Below are positions 58,111-64,000 of a stretch of DNA of 64,000 bases, in pieces. Position 1 is the first letter of the stretch. The number at the start of each line of letters is the position of its first letter. The notes under the pieces are model-generated. The model was not told the DNA's origin and made no database searches. It was given only the letters and a program-made list of their open reading frames with translations. Source of the DNA: a virus; IMG/VR virus record IMGVR_UViG_3300037310_000404, positions 32,001 to 96,000 of that record. One strand, given 5' to 3'. The position numbers and the translations under genes were made by a program.

Positions 58111-58708
58111 TAAGGAGCCGATAAGCTATGAAGATTGAATATCTAGCTGGCATAATAGATGTGGAAGGCACCATGTCTATATTTATGGATGGCGGTAAAA
58201 TGGTTCCATCCATAACGGTTGCCAATACCAACAAAAAACTGCTAGATGAAATCTTCAAATTCCTTAAAGCGAACGGAGTAAAATCCGAAATATGTATGCA
58301 TAAAGCAAGATCGGCGAGGCATAAAGACTCATACAGCCTGAGAGTCAGATGGAATGCCGCGATAAGACTTGCCAGCATGCTAGACGGATTTCTGATAATC
58401 AAAACAGAACAATGCAAATTGCTTGTTAATGATTTTCGGAAAAGGACTCCGAGAAATGGCAAATATTCGCAAGGAATGCTGGCTAGCAAAAATAAGTTGA
58501 TAGCCAGGTTTAGAAAGCTCAACAGTCGCGGTGTATAGTAATATACACATGAAAAATTCTCTCTGATTGACTTGGAAGCCCTGAAGAGGGTGACAAGGCG
58601 GAAGGCCTAAAGCCACCGTGAACGACTAAGCGAGAGAACATCCTATAACAAGGATGATGCGATAGTCTAAGCTGCATGTATAACAAAATAAGATGCAGGA
58701 AAGTGCTG
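58111..58708 (+). mobile_element. Group I intron in the tmRNA T-loop
   Basis: The 5' exon ends in U and the intron ends in G. P2 58531-48 (GTAA loop); P3 TTCTCTC 58557-63/GAGAGAA 58632-38; P4 CTTG/CAAG; P5 GCCCT/AGGGT; P6 GCGG/CCGT; P7 GACTA 58624-28/TAGTC 58663-67; P8 CATCCT/AGGATG; P9 TGCAT/ATGCA. Confidence 0.92.
58128..58538 (+). CDS. Single-motif LAGLIDADG homing endonuclease (intron-encoded)
   Basis: YLAGIIDVEGTMSI, ANT...L, LIIKTEQC. AAGGAG RBS at 58112-17. Confidence 0.9.
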   Translation: MKIEYLAGIIDVEGTMSIFMDGGKMVPSITVANTNKKLLDEIFKFLKANGVKSEICMHKARSARHKDSYSLRVRWNAAIRLASMLDGFLIIKTEQCKLLVNDFRKRTPRNGKYSQGMLASKNKLIARFRKLNSRGV

Positions 58709-58741
58709 TCCCACCGCCTCCACCAATTTTAAAGCAGGGCT

Positions 58742-59395
58742 ATGAACATAGCGACCTTAAAGCAGTATGACAAAATATGTCTTGTGGATGTTGGTTTTCA
58801 CAAGGGGCATTTTGTCAACGACTTCATCCGGGATCATGGCTTTGATAGAAGTAAAATGAGGGTCATTGCTATAGATCCGATTAAGCACAATCAGGGCTCA
58901 TATGACGAATTCCATCAGGTTGCTATATCGACTGAGCCTGGCAGGGCTAAATTCAATATCTATGACGAGCCCGGCTGCAACTCCTTACACGATCTGCAAA
59001 CAGGAAAAATGGTCGATAAGATAAATCACGAGGGTTGGTACTGTAGATATCCAATCAAAAAGATTGACGAGATAGAAGTGGATGTGGTCAGGCTTGATAC
59101 GATACTCGAAACATTACAGGAGCCAATCATACACTTTCTAAAGGTAGATGCGTAAGGTAATGATTTGAACGTGATTAAAAGCGCCGGTAACATGTTAGAT
59201 AGGGTTATATTTATACAGATGGAGAGCAGTGTCGCGCAAAATCCAAACGAAATCATGTATAGCGGTCAGACATTGATCAACGATGACCTAGAATACATGA
59301 AGAGTCGAGGTTTTGAAGTAGTGAGCATAACCGACTATTCGCACCAAGCGCCACCAGAGGCGAATGTTTTGCTTTACAATAAGAGATTTTCGTAG
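58742..59395 (+). pseudogene. FkbM-family methyltransferase with an in-frame TAA at 59153-55
   Basis: LVDVG.HKG, IDP, S.GCNSL, VRLDT and LKVDA*GNDLNV continue in frame to IFIQME. Confidence 0.75.
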
Positions 59396-59409
59396 AAACG
59401 AGATGATCT

Positions 59410-59664
59410 ATGGATGCAAAAGTAGCTTTCACAAGATCGGCAGGAACCTTCTTCATATTAAAGAAGTGGGAGAAGGCTTCGACCGAATATGAAAAAATCA
59501 TAGAGCTTTATGGAGATGACCCGATGATCTATGAGCAGCTTTTCATTTGTTATAACAATTTAAGAGATCCAAGAGCAAAATCCACACTTGAAAAAGCGAT
59601 AAAGTTTACAACAAAACCAGAAAAACTAGCTCTCTTAAAAGAGAAACTAAATCAGTTTAAGTAG
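59410..59664 (+). CDS. TPR-like protein
   Basis: WEKASTEYEKII...YEQLFICY...AKSTLEKAI. Confidence 0.55.
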   Translation: MDAKVAFTRSAGTFFILKKWEKASTEYEKIIELYGDDPMIYEQLFICYNNLRDPRAKSTLEKAIKFTTKPEKLALLKEKLNQFK

Positions 59665-59674
59665 GAGGTTTAAA

Positions 59675-59719
59675 ATGAAAAAGCCGACAAAAGGACCCAA
59701 GAAACCCTGCGGATGCTAA
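59675..59719 (+). CDS. 14-aa micro-ORF MKKPTKGPKKPCGC
   Basis: AGGAGG at 59663-68 with a 6-nt spacer; the stop is 1 nt before the next ATG. Confidence 0.5.
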   Translation: MKKPTKGPKKPCGC

Positions 59720-59720
59720 G

Positions 59721-60308
59721 ATGCCGACTATCAAAGAAAAAATAAACGATTTTATCGAAGATGTAAACTATAGGATTGAATCATATGGTGTTTTTGATAC
59801 ATTTATTGAACGACCGTTTAGAGCCGCCGTAGTTTCCCCGGTTAAAAAAATCATAAAAATTCTAGCATGGATTCCAATCTTGTGGGAAGATCGAGACTGG
59901 GACGATTCTAGTGTTTTATACCTATTAAAATATAAGATTATGCGCATGCGCAAAGAAATAGCGAATGGTTACGGTGCCGAAGACTGGAAACAGGAACGCT
60001 TGGCCGAAATGGACGCTACTTTATCAGTTGTTCAAAAAATCATTGACGGAGATTTTGCAAAATCAGAAAGAGCTGAGCACGCTGAGAAATATGGAGAAAT
60101 AAATTTTAGAAGCGAGCCCACTGATAATCCGAAATGGCGTAGAGGTATAATATCCTATAGCAAAATTGACCCAAATGATTCTGAAAAAGCCGAACAGGCC
60201 AGGCAGGAATCGTTTGTAATTTCTCAAGTCGAAGAACTTAGGGAGACCGAAGCGTATAATGAGCTTTTCAAATTATTAGCCCAAAATCTTAGAAAATGGT
60301 GGGACTGA
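59721..60308 (+). CDS. Hypothetical phage protein
   Basis: LWEDRDWD..LLKYK pattern, common in phage hypotheticals. Confidence 0.55.
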   Translation: MPTIKEKINDFIEDVNYRIESYGVFDTFIERPFRAAVVSPVKKIIKILAWIPILWEDRDWDDSSVLYLLKYKIMRMRKEIANGYGAEDWKQERLAEMDATLSVVQKIIDGDFAKSERAEHAEKYGEINFRSEPTDNPKWRRGIISYSKIDPNDSEKAEQARQESFVISQVEELRETEAYNELFKLLAQNLRKWWD

Positions 60309-60532
60309 TAATGACGTTTAGCGCAGCGTATAACGAGGGAGATATTCTTCAGTTAATAACAATTAATAATTATGATTTGAGAAACCCGCATCTTTACAAG
60401 GTGATACAAGCTGACAAGGTAAAAAATTGTTATACGCTAAGGGATATGCAAACTCAGGAACAACAGCCTCCGTATTCGAAAGAGGTTTTAGATGTTAATT
60501 TTGAAAAAGTTCAAAAAACAAGAACGGTTTAG
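60296..60532 (+). CDS. Small SH3-like hypothetical protein
   Basis: YNEGDIL...YKV.....CYTL. Confidence 0.4.
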   Translation: MVGLIMTFSAAYNEGDILQLITINNYDLRNPHLYKVIQADKVKNCYTLRDMQTQEQQPPYSKEVLDVNFEKVQKTRTV

Positions 60533-60574
60533 GTTATTTTTGATATAATTAAATTAACTCATTTAGAGGACTGC

Positions 60575-61084
60575 ATGAAAAAGTTTTTAATGGTTGTTCT
60601 TGCTCTTTCGATTTCGGCTCTTGCTTCGGCTTCATGGAGCGATTACAGGTCGGCATCCACAGAAGCTCGCAGATATTTAAGCCAACTGCAAGCAGAAACA
60701 AACACAGCAACCGCGCTGTCATCTCTAGAGGGTGTCGTTGCGGCCTGTGAGGCAACAGCTGTAGAGGCAAAGAAACTCGGCAGACCGGACATTGCAAGTT
60801 GGGCATATAACAACGCCGCATATGCCAACATAGTTGCGTTTAAGAAGGCTTGCAACTACACGAGTATGAATACTAAGATCGAATCCCTAGATCCAAAATG
60901 CGAAGATAGAAAAATCTTGTTGAGGCAGCTGCAGGATCTTTACAGGACCAATTTGCATCTTCTGGATTCTGCCGACAAATATCTTGAGTCTGCATCGGCT
61001 CTGTCAAGTGTTTCCGCAGCAAAAGTGGAATCAAATCGTGGATTTATCAGCGATGTAAGGAAGTTCATAGAAATAACATTTTAA
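60575..61084 (+). CDS. Exported helical protein
   Basis: Signal peptide MKKFLMVVLALSISALASA. Confidence 0.6.
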   Translation: MKKFLMVVLALSISALASASWSDYRSASTEARRYLSQLQAETNTATALSSLEGVVAACEATAVEAKKLGRPDIASWAYNNAAYANIVAFKKACNYTSMNTKIESLDPKCEDRKILLRQLQDLYRTNLHLLDSADKYLESASALSSVSAAKVESNRGFISDVRKFIEITF

Positions 61085-61097
61085 CTCAGGAGAGGTT

Positions 61098-61403
61098 ATG
61101 AATCACGTAAAGCTATTGATCGAGGAAAAGTCTGGAGAGCTCGTCAACACGTTTGGCTTTGCTTACACAGACAAGTCGCAGGAAGTAAAGTGGGTTGACA
61201 GCGCCGTTGTTGCCACACGCAGCAAGGACAATAAGTGGAGCTACAAGGTTGGCTCAAAAGTCGGCACATTGTCCGAAGAGCAGTATGCCACCTTTAAGCA
61301 TTTGCTTGAGAAGGTCACGCAGTACGTCGAAACCAACGGGATGAATCTTGCTGGTATTAAGGTAGAGAAGCCAAAAGCCGATGCCGAAAAAGCTGCCAAG
61401 TAA
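61098..61403 (+). CDS. Hypothetical protein
   Basis: AGGAGAGG RBS. Confidence 0.55.
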   Translation: MNHVKLLIEEKSGELVNTFGFAYTDKSQEVKWVDSAVVATRSKDNKWSYKVGSKVGTLSEEQYATFKHLLEKVTQYVETNGMNLAGIKVEKPKADAEKAAK

Positions 61404-61728
61404 CCAGCTGCCGGACGTAGATAAAAAAGCGTTCATCATAGATAGTAGCAAAGATGAGACAGATAGATTACTTGATCTATTTAGATTAGCTGGCAAAAAT
61501 GTAGAAAATATAGGCAGCATATTTGTCATGCTAGTCGAAAACGCTCCCGTGCCGGACAGCCTAGAGATAGACTCAACGGTTGGGGGCGATTTTGTTTATG
61601 TGTATACCGATGATGATTCTAGGCTGTTGTTGAATCAGCTTGATACATGCGTTTATGACCCGGTATACAAAAGAGTTATAGGTAGCATTGTAAAGACAGA
61701 GCTCCTATTAGGGAAAAAAGCATTATGA
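61381..61728 (+). CDS. Hypothetical protein
   Basis: Coupled ORF. Confidence 0.45.
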   Translation: MPKKLPSNQLPDVDKKAFIIDSSKDETDRLLDLFRLAGKNVENIGSIFVMLVENAPVPDSLEIDSTVGGDFVYVYTDDDSRLLLNQLDTCVYDPVYKRVIGSIVKTELLLGKKAL

Positions 61729-62534
61729 GCACAAAGCCTCAATCAATATCTATATCCGAAAGAATGAAGACATACTACGAGCACCGCACAAGGGCGTATT
61801 TGCCCCGCAGGTCTTATTCCATATTGAGACTAGACGGGCGCTCATTTCATAACTTTACAAAAACCATCGGAGCTGTAAAGCCATACGACCGAGACCTTAT
61901 GAGCCGCATGGACCTTACGGCCAAATATCTTTGCGCCAACATACAGGGCGCTAAATTAGCATATGTCCAATCCGATGAGATTTCGATTCTTATGACCGAT
62001 TTTGATGCTATACAAACGCAGGCATGGTTTGATGGCAATATCCAGAAGATCGTGTCCGTTTCCGCTTCGATGGCCGCAGGATTCTTTAATTCCATTAGCA
62101 AGGGAACATTCGGATCCAATCCATACGACAATGTTGAAAAGTATCAGGGAATGGATGTGAATGATTGGATCGTGGTAGCTGATAAAGAGCTAGCCGCTTT
62201 TGATGCTAGAGTGTTCACGATTCCAGACAAAGTAGAGGTTTATAATTATTTTGTCTGGCGTATACAAGATTGGGAATCAAATAGCTTACAGATGCTTGCC
62301 AGAAGCTATTACAACCAAAGCGATCTTCACGGCAAAAGCTGGGACGAGTTACAGTCTATGATCGTTGCTTCTGGCGGAGATTGGCACAAGCTCGATCCGG
62401 AACTTAAATACGGCAGAATCTGCAGCACTCGTCTGGGCGGCATGTGGGGAACCTATGCTGCTCCAGATCTTCATGATCCAAAACAAAAAGAAGAATTTAA
62501 AAAACTGATTCCGGAGCACGGCTATGAGCTCTAA
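61725..62534 (+). CDS. tRNA(His) guanylyltransferase Thg1/TLP family
   Basis: RLDGRSFH, YVQSDEISIL, FDGNIQKIVSVSAS, FDARVF and YFVWR.QD. Confidence 0.92.
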   Translation: MSTKPQSISISERMKTYYEHRTRAYLPRRSYSILRLDGRSFHNFTKTIGAVKPYDRDLMSRMDLTAKYLCANIQGAKLAYVQSDEISILMTDFDAIQTQAWFDGNIQKIVSVSASMAAGFFNSISKGTFGSNPYDNVEKYQGMDVNDWIVVADKELAAFDARVFTIPDKVEVYNYFVWRIQDWESNSLQMLARSYYNQSDLHGKSWDELQSMIVASGGDWHKLDPELKYGRICSTRLGGMWGTYAAPDLHDPKQKEEFKKLIPEHGYEL

Positions 62535-63183
62535 ACAATTATCCCCAGAACAACTTTATGAAGCCTGGGACACTCTTCCAGAGGACTTTAAAGAAGCAAA
62601 TTATAGAGATGTTCTCAAGGCAATGGGTTTTGAAGATAATGATAATAATAGGAGCTGGTTCCATCAAATAGTAAAAACCAGCGAAGAGATAGAGGCTCTT
62701 AAGAAAAGGTGGGCCGAGCAGGATGAGAAGTGGGCAAAGGAGCGAGCCGAGCACAGAATTCTCATTGAGAAGCAAAAAGAAGTATTAGATGAACATAAGC
62801 AATTTAAAAAAGAAAGATACGAGCGCTATATAATTGGCATGACCAAGTCTCTTTGGTGGCAATGGCTTTTCCCGCCAAAAGATCCTGCATTGCGAGGCTA
62901 TATACAAAGTCACTTGTGGGGATACAGGCTTCGTCGCTCCATAAAAGGCACCAGGTCTTTTATTTATGGGAAATTTAGGATACCGGAGAAAAAGTCAAGA
63001 TTCTTAAATAAATGGAGAAAGAGCCCATTTTATTTTAATCCATTTATAAAGGGACACGTTATATTGTTTGGATATCAGGCTGCCCTAAGAAGCAGATTAA
63101 GAGCATATAAAACAAAAAGGGAATTGGCGGCATTCTCAAAAAAGATGGAGAAGAAGCATGGAATCAAAAAAAATTCTTTATGA
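62524..63183 (+). CDS. Hypothetical protein
   Basis: Coupled ORF. Confidence 0.5.
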   Translation: MSSKQLSPEQLYEAWDTLPEDFKEANYRDVLKAMGFEDNDNNRSWFHQIVKTSEEIEALKKRWAEQDEKWAKERAEHRILIEKQKEVLDEHKQFKKERYERYIIGMTKSLWWQWLFPPKDPALRGYIQSHLWGYRLRRSIKGTRSFIYGKFRIPEKKSRFLNKWRKSPFYFNPFIKGHVILFGYQAALRSRLRAYKTKRELAAFSKKMEKKHGIKKNSL

Positions 63184-63667
63184 TAATGAGTGGCTGTCCC
63201 TCATTGACTCTGACGGGTACATCTACTCCCATGAAGTCAAAGGGGACGGCAAGAAGGTGGCCATTCTAGTCGTTGATTCCCAAAATCCAGGGAAAGTTCT
63301 TGGGCGATATGAGAATACTCCGGCTCATGGTGACGGAATACAACTGGCATCGATAACTGGAACCGTTGAAGACGATGATCCGCTATCAACCGCCGTTATG
63401 GAAACTGACGAAGAGGCCGGTTTTTTTGTAGATGAAGACGAGCTTATAGAGCTTGGAATAGTAAGGCCAAGCAAGAGCGCCGACACCACTTGCTATCTAT
63501 ATGCTGTTGACGTTGCCGGAAAAACCCAGCACGAGCCGGAGGGCGACGGTAGTTCTGGAGAACAGGGCGCTTATGTAAAATGGATTAGCGCCCAAGATGC
63601 CGTTGAATGCAAAGACCCTCTTATGTCGGTCATGCTAATGCGCTACGCCCTAATGCAGGAGAAATAA
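63158..63667 (+). CDS. Nudix hydrolase
   Basis: Variant Nudix box GTVEDDDPLSTAVMETDEEAG. Confidence 0.75.
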   Translation: MESKKILYDNEWLSLIDSDGYIYSHEVKGDGKKVAILVVDSQNPGKVLGRYENTPAHGDGIQLASITGTVEDDDPLSTAVMETDEEAGFFVDEDELIELGIVRPSKSADTTCYLYAVDVAGKTQHEPEGDGSSGEQGAYVKWISAQDAVECKDPLMSVMLMRYALMQEK

Positions 63668-63954
63668 TTAGTCTCAAAATAGAAGTCGCAGATAACTATG
63701 AAGCATTTGCTTCTAGGATTAAGTCGTTATACGCACTTGGATTTACTGCAGCATACCCGGCAGATAGATATGGCGTAGACGTCCCAGTACCGCACCTTGG
63801 ATATAAGCTTCACCTTCAAGAAGATCCAGAAGACGGATTTCTGATCGAGCTTCCCATAACCAAGCTAAGAGAAGCATCAGAGGATACAAGAAAAAAGTAC
63901 TTTAGTAGCGACAAAGGAAGAATGAATTTTCCGAAAGAAATCTCTACACAATAA
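63607..63954 (+). CDS. Hypothetical protein (start uncertain)
   Basis: The ATG start overlaps the Nudix gene by 61 nt. AGGAG at 63657-61 precedes an in-frame ATA/ATT. Confidence 0.4.
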   Translation: MQRPSYVGHANALRPNAGEIISLKIEVADNYEAFASRIKSLYALGFTAAYPADRYGVDVPVPHLGYKLHLQEDPEDGFLIELPITKLREASEDTRKKYFSSDKGRMNFPKEISTQ

Positions 63955-63982
63955 AAAAAGAAATCTCTACACAATAAAAAAA
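63937..63982. repeat. Perfect 23-bp tandem duplication GAAATCTCTACACAATAAAAAAA x2
   Basis: Read directly: 63937-59 and 63960-82. Confidence 0.95.
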
Positions 63983-64000
63983 GGAGCAAGTTAAATGGCT

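Larger units (their letters stand above)
57786..58725 (+). ncRNA. ssrA: tmRNA, intron-interrupted (exon 1 57786-58110, exon 2 58709-58725; spliced 342 nt)
   Basis: 5' GGGGGCG..GGTTTCGAC pairs with 3' CGCCTCC-ACCA, with a G3:U70 wobble. GCATG/TAAGCATGTAG helix. Tag ORF 57882-57911 AEDAELLAA-TAA. Joining the exons restores the T-arm GTGGG-TTCGATT-CCCAC. Confidence 0.95.

Noticed and set aside
57992-58616. Minus-strand ORFs 57992..58522 and 58380..58616
   Set aside because: They are antisense shadows of the tmRNA and LAGLIDADG gene, with no RBS or recognisable motifs.
58709-58725. tmRNA 3' end as a prophage att site
   Set aside because: No integrase or duplicated 3' fragment is present, and phage-type genes continue on both sides.
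58742-59395. Genome-wide stop-codon reassignment (TAA or TAG to Gln)
   Set aside because: Conserved genes (thyA, dut, sigma factors, Thg1) end at TAA, TAG or TGA at the expected positions, and I found only one internal stop.
1-64000. CRISPR array or tRNA genes
   Set aside because: No regularly spaced direct repeats were seen, and the only T-arm/CCA signature belongs to the tmRNA. This was a visual scan; tRNAscan was not run.

Overview
This window is part of a large tailed (myovirus-like, probably jumbo) phage genome in the standard genetic code, and almost all genes lie on the + strand. Bases 1-23.8 kb encode the baseplate and six modular tail-fibre/adhesin proteins. Bases 23.8-34.6 kb hold accessory and unknown genes, including a metallophosphoesterase, an NDT-like enzyme, DUF192 and a tandem AdoMet decarboxylase. 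A short minus-strand block (34.7-37.4 kb) carries a dNMP kinase. A 12-gene sugar-nucleotide and glycosyltransferase island spans 37.5-46.5 kb. The rest encodes two sigma-70-family factors, PIN-TRAM, MORN, a nucleotidyltransferase, SLT, JAB, ThyA, dUTPase, Thg1 and a Nudix hydrolase. The strongest signal missing from the ORF track is a phage tmRNA (57786-58725, tag AEDAELLAA). Its T-loop is interrupted by a 598-nt group I intron (58111-58708) that carries a LAGLIDADG homing endonuclease in the P1 loop. All protein assignments are from motif recognition by eye; no database searches were run.
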